A DNA stretch of 64,000 nt from Candidatus Cloacimonadaceae bacterium (lineage in GTDB: Bacteria > Cloacimonadota > Cloacimonadia > Cloacimonadales > TCS61), in the NCBI GenBank assembly GCA_942491655.1, contig CALOBL010000013.1:7661-71660 (forward strand). Direction: 5' to 3'. The notes below the pieces were generated by a model that was not told the DNA's origin, did not search any database, and saw nothing but the letters and a program-made list of their open reading frames with translations. A program made the translations under genes and the position numbers. Numbering within the stretch: position 1 is the first letter of the stretch; each line of letters opens with the position of its first letter. Of this stretch, positions 31,532-41,298 are shown one piece after another.

Positions 31532-34216
31532 ATGGATTTAAAGAAAATTATAACAGTATTATTTTTAATAATTTCTCTAACATATCTTTCCGCAGAGATC
31601 GTTGAATATTACTTCAGTTTTAAAATTCCTGACAGCTCAAACATACAAGATCTCAATAAATTAATAAGTATTGATAAGATTGAAGAAGATCTGATCTATG
31701 CTTATGCCAATCAATATCAGCTTGAACTCTTCAACGCTACTGGAATATCCTATGACCTGCTGCCTCATCCGAGTACACTCATTGTGCCGGAAATGACGGA
31801 TACTATTATGCGCCAAAGAGAATGGGATACATATCCTACCTATGAACTTTACATTGAGATGATGTATCAATTCCAGACAGATTACCCTGAGCTTTGTAAA
31901 ATAGTTAAGGCTGGTCAATCTGTTGAGGGAAGAGATATCCTCTTCGCAATTATCTCTGACAATGTAAATGAAAACGAGGCTGAACCTGAATTCATGTATA
32001 CCTCAACAATGCATGGAGATGAAACAACCGGTTATATTCTGATGCTTAGACTGATCGATCATTTACTTGTTAATTATGGAATAGATGACCGGTTGACAAG
32101 TATTGTGGATAATGTGGAAATCTGGATCAACCCGCTGGCCAATCCGGACGGCACTTACTGGACGGGCAATCACACTGTATATGGTGCACATAGATCTAAT
32201 GCCAATGGAGTTGATCTGAATCGTAATTTTCCTGATCCGGAAGATGGTGAGCATCCGGACGGGAATACCTGGCAGCCGGAAACCCTGGCTATGATGGATA
32301 TTTCAACTGCGAAAAATTTTATTCTTTCCGCCAATTTTCACGGTGGAACGGAAGTATTAAATTATCCCTGGGATACCTGGCCAACCCGACACGCTGATGA
32401 TGCCTGGCTTCAGGTTGTTTCCCATACCTATGCCGATAACTGCCAGGAGAACAGCCCTAATGGCTACATGAATGGTTATGATGACGGCATAACCAACGGT
32501 TATGACTGGTACACCACCAGCGGCAGCAGACAGGATTTCATGACCTATTTCCGCAACTGCCGGGAAATTACCATGGAAATTTCTGATGTTAAGCTGCTTC
32601 CAGCTGATGAATTGCCTGACTATTGGGAATACAACCGGGAATCCTTCCTTTTATATATTGAAGAAACCTCGTACGGCTTTCGGGGTAATGTTACTAACCA
32701 GGAAGGCAACCCGATCTATGCCCAGATCGAAGTATTAGATCACGATATTGACAACTCCCAGATCATGTCGGATAAAATTCTGGGCAATTATCATCGCATG
32801 ATCGAGGCTGGAACCTGGGATATTGAAGCTTCAGCTTACGCCTACCAAAATATAGTTATCAATGGAATACAAACTGAATATAATGAGATAAACTGGCTTG
32901 ATATCGAAATGCTGCCGGCTATTGATGCAATAAATCTAACCGGGTCTGTTCGCGATATCGAAAGCGGTGAAGTTATTCCTGATGCAGTTATTCAGGTTCA
33001 GAATGCCCCTGTTGCACCAGTTACTTCTAATGGAAATGGAGAATATTCACTGTTTCTGCTGGAAGATGATTTCGAGTTTATTGTCAATGCACCTGGCTAT
33101 CTGGAAGGTCAGTTCAATTTTACTGTGAATCAGCTGAATGATCAGTACGATTTCCTTCTTTCTGTAGGACCTGTAATAAGCTTGAACACTTATTCCATTA
33201 TTAAAGAACTTCCCGCCGATACAACAGACACTGAAACCTTAATCATTACCAATTCCGGCGGCGGAACTTTGTTTTATAACGTCTGGACTGAAGACGGTAA
33301 TCGTAATCTTACTGATAGTTACGTTACCTGTTCAACCGAGAATTTTAACCCGGGGGAAAGCGCGGAATGGACTTTCACGCTTTACAATGACAGCCCTGAT
33401 GGAGAATGGATTAAGGGGATCTACCTGGAATTTCCTCCCAATGTAATTGTAAACGGTGCTGGAAATTTTACCGGTGGCAGTGGTGGAGATCTCATCTATG
33501 ACGGTACAACCGGTTCTGGAGTTGAAATTTATTGGAACGGTGAAACAAATCTGGGTTACGGTGTACTGCATGAGGGTGAAACAGCGCAGGCAACTATGGA
33601 GGTTGAAATAACTCCGGAATTTACGGGTGAAGTCGGCATTTTGTATCATATTGAAGGTGATGGTTATGGCGAGGAACCTCATGATTTGATCAATGTTATC
33701 ACTCTTACTTACCCGTTGAGATGGATCCACATAGAAACTCTTTCCGGCAGTTTGAACAGTGGAGAAAGTGAAGAGATAACCGTTCATTTCGACACCCATG
33801 GTCTGCAACCCGACCTTTATACCTGCAATATTGTTGTTGATCAGATCGATAATGGTTTTGTAAATATACCTGTTCAGCTTACAGTAACTTCTACTTCTGT
33901 AAACGAAATACAACTTCCACAGAAACCCGAATTACTGGGAAATCATCCCAATCCATTCAATCCTGAAACAGTAATTTCCTTTAGTTTAACCACTGAGAGC
34001 AATGAGGGCACGGAGTTGTTTATTTATAATATTAAAGGACAGATAATCAAGGATTTCACTTCTCTCTGACCCTTCCCTTCTCCAGGTAACACTGTCTCAG
34101 AAGTTATCTGGAATGGAACCGACAATAATGAAAATCCAGTTCCCTCCGGCGTATATTTTTATCAGCTTAAATCAGGTGATTTCTCACAAACCAGGAAGAT
34201 GCTGCTGCTTAAATAA
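31532..34216 (+). CDS. Secreted M14 zinc carboxypeptidase with CarboxypepD_reg-like domain, shared pre-CTD module and T9SS CTD; in-frame TGA at 34067-34069
   Basis: Motifs STMHGDETTG, ANPDG, DLNRNFP, NFHGGTEV. After the TGA the same frame reads PFPSPGNTVSEVIWNGTDNNENPVPSGVYFYQLKSGDFSQTRKMLLLK, with a stop at 34214-34216. Confidence 0.8.
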
Positions 34217-34302
34217 ATATCTGAAGCAGGTTTAACAGGATTAATTCAAGATATCCAGGATACCCGTCTTACTCAAACACCCTAATCCATTATTCTAAAG
34301 CT

Positions 34303-34503
34303 GTTTAGCAGTTTAGTTTTGTTTAGAGTGGTTTAGTTACTTCAAATAACACCGGCATTTTAAAACGCATCTAAACCTCTAAACATCCTATTCTCTCCCT
34401 CTTAAAATAGTTATCAGTGATTATCAGTGCTTATCTGCCTGCCTTGGCGAAGCTCTTGAGCGAAGAAAGGTGGTTAATTAAAATGTATCTAAACTTCCTA
34501 AAC
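34303..34503. repeat. Array of four GTTTAG motifs followed by four CTAAAC motifs
   Basis: GTTTAG starts at 34303, 34311, 34321 and 34331, three of them exactly 10 bp apart. CTAAAC starts at 34371, 34379, 34489 and 34498. The same hexamer forms the termini of family-1 elements. A ttatcagtg tandem lies at about 34411-34435. Confidence 0.6.
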
Positions 34504-34703
34504 TTCAACCTGGCCTTGTTTCTACCTGCCCTTTAATCTTTGTTCTTTGACCCTTGATCCTACCGTCTTGACAATTTTAAATTTTTAAACTGTCTATTTG
34601 TAATTTTCTTTTTTATTAACATCTTTATTTAATAAATATTAAAATTAAATATCCAGCCCAATCCGTCACATCCTCCATTCTACCCAAAGTACTATCAAAA
34701 ATC

Positions 34704-34723
34704 TGTTGTACCTTAGCACAACA
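34704..34723. promoter_or_regulatory. Operator-like palindrome TGTTGT-N8-ACAACA, distal copy
   Basis: Perfect 6-bp arms. A second copy lies 51 bp downstream, and together they bracket a TTGACC / TAATTTTG promoter-like stretch upstream of the TrmB-like gene. Confidence 0.5.
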
Positions 34724-34754
34724 AAAATAACTTGACCAGTCATGCATAGTAATT

Positions 34755-34776
34755 TTGTTGTACCTCTAGACAACAA
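34755..34776. promoter_or_regulatory. Operator-like palindrome TTGTTGT-N8-ACAACAA, proximal copy, 11 nt before the start codon region
   Basis: Perfect 7-bp arms, with the same half-sites as 34704-34723. Confidence 0.5.
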
Positions 34777-34787
34777 AAGGAGAATAA

Positions 34788-35601
34788 ATGCAGAAATTTA
34801 TCAATGATCTTGTTATGATCGGGTTAACTGAGAATGAAGCTAAAGCATATTTTCTGTTGTTAGAACAGCCCCTGTCCGCTACTCAGATAGCGAAGGCAAT
34901 TAAGGTGAACAGATCAAATATTTACGGGATCATTTCCAGCCTTATCCAGAAAGGCTTTCTACGAGAGATAAATTCCGGCATAAAGAGTTTTGTAGCAGTT
35001 AATCCCCGCATCGCATTTCAATTCCAGCAAAACAACTCTGCAGATGCAGATAAAGCTGATGGAAAAAATGGCTGAAGAACTCTTCCCCCTTTTTAAAGCG
35101 GAAAAAATGAATGATTCCAGAGAACTGATAAAAATACTTCATTCCAGGTCCTCGATAATCAGTACTCTGGAAAGACTTGAAATTGAAGCTGAAGAAGAGG
35201 TGCTGGCCTTTAGCAAGCCGCCCTATATCATGAATGTAGAAGACCTCGACACATTGAATCCCGCTCAAAGAACCAGTGCTAAAAAGGGTGTCAGCTACAA
35301 AGCGGTCCATGAGATCGAACCAGAAAACATGGAGAATTTTCTAAAGCGTATGCAATACTTCAAAAGCCTGGGTGAAGAAGTGCGTCTGGCCGAGCAGCTT
35401 CCCATGAAATTATTTATTTTTGATGGGACAATAGCAGTTTTTACTTTGGAGAACAAGGTCAGCAATATGTCCAATTTCACATTTACTTCTTTTGAACATT
35501 CGGATGTTGCCGGTACTTTTATGCAAATTTTTCAGATCTATTGGGACAATGCCGTTCCATTGGATGAATATATTGAAAAAATTAACAAGGAGAAAAAATG
35601 A
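34788..35601 (+). CDS. TrmB-family transcriptional regulator, apparently split by one frameshift near 35035
   Basis: N-terminal winged-helix segment LTENEAKAYFLLLEQPLSATQIAKAIKVNRSNIYGIISSLIQKGFL. The ORF-track fragments 34788-35075 and 35044-35601 overlap in different frames, and the second continues as a TrmB-like C-terminal domain. Confidence 0.65.
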
Positions 35602-37602
35602 AAAAGATCATTATCAGTTTAGTTTTTTTATTACCGATTTTTCTTACTGCAACAGTTATACCGGGCGGAGACGTAAGTGGAGTATGGGATGCTGCCGGTA
35701 ACCCTTATTACATTGATGGCGACATTACTCTGCAGTCCGGTGCAGAGCTGGAGATCGGAGCTGGAGTTGAAATTATATTCAACGATTTTTACAAATTCGA
35801 GATCTTCGGAAGATTAGAAGCTATTGGTACTGAAAGCGACATGATATCCGTAACTGCACTGGATACAAATGTTGGCTGGCACGGATTTCGCTTTATAGAC
35901 GGCAACTTGAGTTCATTACCTGCCAACATACTGGCTTATTGTGATTTCAGTTACGGATATGCTGTTGGTACAAACGATGAAGATAAATTCGGTGGAGCAG
36001 TTCACTGTATGAACACCAGTAATCTCTCAATTGCTAACTGCACATTTTCATTTAATTACGCTGACTACGATGGAGGAGCTGTAAGCCTGGAAGCAGGTTC
36101 TGATGTTCCTATCTCAGGATGCACTTTTCTGCAGAACAATTGTGGATTTTATGGTGCAAGTATTGTGTCTTATGGTTCTGCACCTGTAATATCTAATTGC
36201 CTTTTCCAGGGGAATGATACAACTTTCTTTGGAGCAGGTATTTCAGCCTGGGAAGAATCATCTATAGAAATTTACAACTGCAGTTTCATCGATAACACAG
36301 GTGGAGCCTGTACAGCCATCTACACTGTTTCCTCCAATGTGATAATGGCTGATCTTCTCTTTTACAATAATACTACATTATATGGTTCAGGAGCTGCTGT
36401 CGGGCTTACATCCAGCACTACTGAAGCCTCCAATATAACTGCTGTAAATAATGTTTCACCTATGAATGGTGGTGCTTTCTGGCTTAATGGTGGAACTCTT
36501 GAGATCCACAACTCAATATTATGGAATAATGAACCGAATGATATCGGTATCACAGCTGGTACTGTTACTGCTTCTTACAGCTGTATCATGGACGGAACAA
36601 CCGGCACTAATGTGATAAATGAAACACCCTTATTCGTTGATATTGATGGTGGAGATCTTCACCTGCAGGCAACTTCACCCTGTATAGATACAGGTGATGA
36701 TTCTGTTGTAGGCTTTACCTTACCGGAATTTGACCTGGATGGCAATGCTCGAATCGTTGATGGTGATGAAGACGGTTCAGCAGCTTTAGATATGGGAGCT
36801 TACGAATTCTTTGTTCCAGGCCCTGAAACAGGTTTCATTGCAGGAAACGTAACGGACTCAAATGGCGATATTCTGCAAATCCATGATTACAGCAGGGATT
36901 TATACAGCTTATTCAGATGGTGAAGGATATTATCAAATTGAAGTAGAAACCGGTGATTATACTGTTAACTGTTCGCTGGAAGGATATATATCAGCAGAGC
37001 CTGTAGCAATAACCGTAGCTACCAGTGAAACAGTAACTGTAGATTTCACACTTGCTCCCCAAACCGGCTTTATCACTGGTAATATCAGCAATTTAACCGG
37101 TGATTTTCTGGAAGGAGCTATGATAACTGCAGGTGAATATACTGTTTATTCAGATGCAGATGGCAATTATCTTCTGGAAGTTCCAATTGCTGACTACACG
37201 GTAAACTGTTCATTAGAAGATTACTACACTCCAGATCCTGTCGATATATCTGTTGCTGCCGGTGAGACTGTTACTGTAGATTTTGTGCTTGAACCTGAAG
37301 TTGATGCAGATGATCCGGTTAATTACTGTTTCCAGGATAAAGGAAACCACCCGAATCCATTCAATCCTGAAACCTATATTGATTTTCAGATTAAAGAGAG
37401 AAGTCATGTCCGACTGGAAATCTTCAACAGCAGGGGACAGAGGATTAGTACACTGGTAAATAAGGAACTTGTCTCAGGTGATCATAGCATCAACTGGAAT
37501 GGTAAAGATGATACCGGTGCAAATGTAAAATCTGGGATTTATTTTTACAAAATTCAATCGGAGCACAATACATCAGTAAACAAAATGATCTTATTAAAAT
37601 AG
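35598..37602 (+). CDS. Secreted right-handed beta-helix protein with CarboxypepD_reg-like repeats and T9SS CTD; one frameshift near 36880
   Basis: Start overlaps the TrmB stop (ATGA). GGAV/GGAF beta-helix repeats and a ...PEFDLDGNARI...DMGAYEF end-cap. The repeat GFIAGNVTDSNGDIL / MITAGIYTAYSDGEGYYQIEV is split between ORFs 35598-36923 and 36862-37602. CTD sequence HPNPFNPETYIDF...GIYFYKI...NKMILLK. Confidence 0.7.
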
Positions 37603-37620
37603 TATTCGTTGTATAAATAT

Positions 37621-37675
37621 AAGGCTTTTCAGCATTCAGGAGGTTAAAACTTCTAAGCTGAGAAGCCTTTTTTTT
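37621..37675 (+). terminator. Rho-independent terminator
   Basis: 13-bp stem aaggcttttcagc/gctgagaagcctt (one G-U pair) followed by T8. Confidence 0.75.
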
Positions 37676-37802
37676 GCTGTTTTTTGAAAATTCATTAGCC
37701 TGCAACTGCTTGATTTCATTTCTATCTCTTTAGTTATCCAGGTAATGGAATGGATTTTGCATCTTTTCATATTTAATAAGAAAAAAGGGGATCGAGATAA
37801 AA

Positions 37803-40800
37803 ATGAAGAAATTTATAATTTTATTTATTTTATCAGTTGTATTGGTTGGATTGTCTGCTTCCGAGATATACCAGACAGTTACTTTTTCAGCACCTGTTAT
37901 TGAAGCAGAAGATGGATATGAGCTTGTAATGCTGAAAGATTGCCGTGCTATAGGCCATCCGGGCGAACCGCTATTGCCACGCTTTCCTGTCTCACTACTG
38001 CTTCCTCCCGGGCAGATCGCAGAAAAAGTGGAGATCATAGATTCCCGAATAAATAAACTTAGCAATTCATGCACAGTAAAACCAGTTCAGCAGGAGTACC
38101 CGATAGGTTACACTGAAGATATTGCGTTTACACAACCCGATCCCCGCATATACAATTCAGATAATGTATTTCCAGCTCAGATCTGGGATGGATTGCAAAC
38201 TCATTTTTCCCGCGGACATGGTATTGCATATTTTAATATCTGTCCTTTCGAATATTTCCCCAAAACCGGTGAAATTTTTTATCTCGAATCAATAACATAT
38301 AAAGTTACCACAGTTCCTGATCCCCTTGCAGAGAGAAGTTTTAACCGTTTCTATAAAGATGATGAAAAGACAATTACCAGAATAAAAAATATTGTCTCAA
38401 ATCCGGAAAAAATATCAACTTATCCGGAACTGGATTTCAGAACGAGAGAAGAAGATTACAATCTGCTGATCATTACTAATTCCCTGTTGGAAGAACATCT
38501 GACACCGCTTATTGAGCTTAAAAACACTACCGGTTACCAGACACAGGTAATACTGGTGGAAGATATTGAAAATGAATATGACGGACAGGACCTGCAGGAA
38601 CAGATCAGAAATTGTATAATAGAACAATATGAAAACTTTGGAATAGAATATGTTCTCCTGGCCGGTGATGACGAGATCATACCCCACCGTGCGTTTTTCG
38701 ATTCAGGTGGCGGTTCCATGTACGAGACCGATATCCCTGCTGATATCTATTACAGCAATCTGGATGGAACCTGGAATGATGATGAAGATAACCTCTGGGC
38801 TGAACCCGGAGAAGATGACCTGCTGGGTGAAGTATTTATCGGCAGAATGGCCTGTGATTCAGAAGAAGAGATCACCAATTTTGTTAATAAAACCATTATG
38901 TACCAGACCGAACCTTGCGTAGAAGATATCGATGAAGCTCTTATGGTTGGTGAAAATCTGGGCTGGACCCCCTGGGGCATGCACTTCAAGGAAGAGATCA
39001 GGTATGGCTCTGACAATTTCGGCTACACAACAGCCGGATTACCTGAATATTTCAATGTTGAAACTTTATACGATTACAATTTCACCTGGAGCCCTTATAA
39101 CGATCTGCTGCCGGCTTTGAATGCAGGACCTAACCTGGTTAATCATATGGGGCATTGCAGCACTACCTATGCCATGAAATTGGATAATCCTGATATTACA
39201 GAAAACAATGTCACTAACGATGGTGTTGAAAACGGATTTAATATTCTCTACTCACAGGGATGCTACTGCGGAGCTTTCGATAACCGGGATACAAACGGCA
39301 GCTATCTGGAAGACTGTATTGCTGAAGTCTGGACAGGCCTGCCGACTGGAACAGCGGCTATGGTTATGAACAGCCGTTACGGCTGGGGTAATCTGTATGA
39401 TACAGACGGTTCATCTCAGTATCTGGACAGACAATTTTTCGATGCCATTTTCGGTGAAGGCATTACTAAAATCGGGGAAACCCAGCTGGACAGTAAAGAA
39501 GATAATATTCCCTACATCGATTATCGTCAAAACCGCTGGTGCTACTATTGTTCTAACCTGTTTGGAGATCCTACACTGGACATCTGGACTGGGGAGCCAG
39601 AGACATTGGCTGCAAACCATAATGGTGCTTTCATTGTTGGTCAGCAGGAATATCTGGTAACAGTAACCAATACAACCGGTTACCCCATCGAAAATGCCAA
39701 GGTTGCCCTTTCCGTAGGTGGGGAATGCGTCGGCAAAGGCTATACCAATGTTCAGGGCATAGTTAATATTCATCTTTTTACGGAAGTTCTTACGCCGGGT
39801 GAAATGCTGCTCTCTGTAAGTGGTCATGATTTGCATCCGCTTTTTGAAACGATCGCAGTTATTCCCCCTGAAGGGCCATACGTTATTTTGCAGGACTTCA
39901 CTATCCTGGCTGGAGATGACGATTATCTGGAAGCTGGAGAAACGTGCTACATTGATATACAATTGACCAATATCGGGGTTGAATCATCTGAAGAACTTGA
40001 GATCATACTCAGCACAGAGGACCCCTATCTTACTTTCCAGGATAACAGCGAAATATATTCCATACTTGCAGCCGGAGGAAGTACACAGCTTACAGAAGCC
40101 TTCTGTTTTGAAATTTCTGCCTCTGCCCCGGATCACCATCCGGCTCAAATAACCGGCATCATTAATTCCGGATCTGATTCCTGGAATATCTTCCTGAACA
40201 TGATGATCTATGAACCTAACGTTTTTGCTGTGGATCCCGGTTTCTTTGAACTGGAAATGGGGTATCAGGATATTGATACCGAATTGTTTACAATCTCAAA
40301 TACAAGTGATCACGTAGTGGAATACACTATTAGAACTCAAGAACCTGCCGGCAGAGATGTCACCGGTTCACATATCACCTGCAATACAGATAATTTTACT
40401 CCGGGCGAAACGGTTGACTGGCTTTTCACGGTATATAACCAGAGTCCGGATAATGAATGGATCACTGATGTTGTTATTGAATTCCCGGCCGGAATAACTG
40501 TAAATGAAGCAACTGACTTTGTGGGCGGAACAGGCGGACCTCTTGTTTGTGACGGATCAGCTGGGGAAGCAGCCGTTATTAACTGGCATGGGGAAACTGC
40601 CATGGGTTATGGCGTTCTGCATCAGAACCAGGCTGCCATTGCTTCTGTTAATGTAACTACTACAACAGAAATTGCCGGCAATATCAACATCTCTTACTCA
40701 ATAAGCGGAGATGAATACGGAGATGATCCACATACTGTGACAGGTTCTTTACAGCTGGATTATCCTTTAAGCTGGATCTCACTGAACTCTTCTTCAGGAT

Positions 40801-41273
40801 CCCTTAACGTTGGAGAGAACGATCAGATCACTATTACATTTGATGCCAATGAGCTGGGACTGGGCATTCATTACTGCGAAATATTGATCAATGATGGTGA
40901 CCGAGATTATAAGAAGATCCCGGTTTCTTTGTTGGTCACAAATACAGATGCCGATGACAATCTGATCGTTGGAAAACCGCAATTGCTGGGAAATTATCCC
41001 AATCCCTTTAATCCTACTACAACCATTTCGTTTGATTTAACCACAGAGCTCACTGAGAGCACGGAATTATCCATTTATAATTTAAAGGGTCAAAAGGTTA
41101 AAACTTTTGATCGTCATACTGAGTTTATCGAAGTATCAGTCGGTCAAAACCATTATAATGCTATCTGGAATGGAACCGATGAAACGGGCAAGCCGGTTCC
41201 CAGCGGAATTTATTTTTATAAACTTAATAGCGGTGACTACAGTTCCACCAGAAAAATGTTGTTATTAAAATAA
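37803..41273 (+). CDS. Secreted C25 (gingipain-like) cysteine peptidase with shared pre-CTD module and T9SS CTD
   Basis: Signal peptide and a propeptide-like N-terminus. C25 core YNLLIITN...EYVLLAGDDEIIPHR...IYYSNLDG, with catalytic contexts NHMGHCS (His) and YSQGCYCGAFD (Cys). CTD sequence NYPNPFNPTTTISF...GIYFYKL...RKMLLLK. Confidence 0.8.
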   Translation: MKKFIILFILSVVLVGLSASEIYQTVTFSAPVIEAEDGYELVMLKDCRAIGHPGEPLLPRFPVSLLLPPGQIAEKVEIIDSRINKLSNSCTVKPVQQEYPIGYTEDIAFTQPDPRIYNSDNVFPAQIWDGLQTHFSRGHGIAYFNICPFEYFPKTGEIFYLESITYKVTTVPDPLAERSFNRFYKDDEKTITRIKNIVSNPEKISTYPELDFRTREEDYNLLIITNSLLEEHLTPLIELKNTTGYQTQVILVEDIENEYDGQDLQEQIRNCIIEQYENFGIEYVLLAGDDEIIPHRAFFDSGGGSMYETDIPADIYYSNLDGTWNDDEDNLWAEPGEDDLLGEVFIGRMACDSEEEITNFVNKTIMYQTEPCVEDIDEALMVGENLGWTPWGMHFKEEIRYGSDNFGYTTAGLPEYFNVETLYDYNFTWSPYNDLLPALNAGPNLVNHMGHCSTTYAMKLDNPDITENNVTNDGVENGFNILYSQGCYCGAFDNRDTNGSYLEDCIAEVWTGLPTGTAAMVMNSRYGWGNLYDTDGSSQYLDRQFFDAIFGEGITKIGETQLDSKEDNIPYIDYRQNRWCYYCSNLFGDPTLDIWTGEPETLAANHNGAFIVGQQEYLVTVTNTTGYPIENAKVALSVGGECVGKGYTNVQGIVNIHLFTEVLTPGEMLLSVSGHDLHPLFETIAVIPPEGPYVILQDFTILAGDDDYLEAGETCYIDIQLTNIGVESSEELEIILSTEDPYLTFQDNSEIYSILAAGGSTQLTEAFCFEISASAPDHHPAQITGIINSGSDSWNIFLNMMIYEPNVFAVDPGFFELEMGYQDIDTELFTISNTSDHVVEYTIRTQEPAGRDVTGSHITCNTDNFTPGETVDWLFTVYNQSPDNEWITDVVIEFPAGITVNEATDFVGGTGGPLVCDGSAGEAAVINWHGETAMGYGVLHQNQAAIASVNVTTTTEIAGNINISYSISGDEYGDDPHTVTGSLQLDYPLSWISLNSSSGSLNVGENDQITITFDANELGLGIHYCEILINDGDRDYKKIPVSLLVTNTDADDNLIVGKPQLLGNYPNPFNPTTTISFDLTTELTESTELSIYNLKGQKVKTFDRHTEFIEVSVGQNHYNAIWNGTDETGKPVPSGIYFYKLNSGDYSSTRKMLLLK

Positions 41274-41298
41274 AAAATCAATTGGAGTTTTGAGGGTT

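Noticed and set aside
33332-33913. 193-aa minus-strand ORF, together with similar antisense ORFs at 39411-39962, 42596-43021, 30589-30927, 57170-57700, 57714-58127 and 63023-63460
   Set aside because: All lie wholly inside well-supported genes on the opposite strand, lack RBS-like sequences and have low-complexity, Ile/Phe/Ser-rich compositions typical of shadow ORFs in AT-rich DNA.
34067-34069. Alternative genetic code (TGA read as Trp or Gly)
   Set aside because: TGA clearly terminates other conserved genes exactly at the end of their CTD (for example 8065-8067 and 12126-12128, after …KKMLLLR). All other long ORFs are open under the standard code without needing TGA read-through.
37730-38074. 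114-aa minus-strand ORF upstream of, and overlapping, the C25 peptidase start
   Set aside because: It is antisense to the signal peptide and propeptide region of a strongly supported gene, and it has no RBS or family resemblance.
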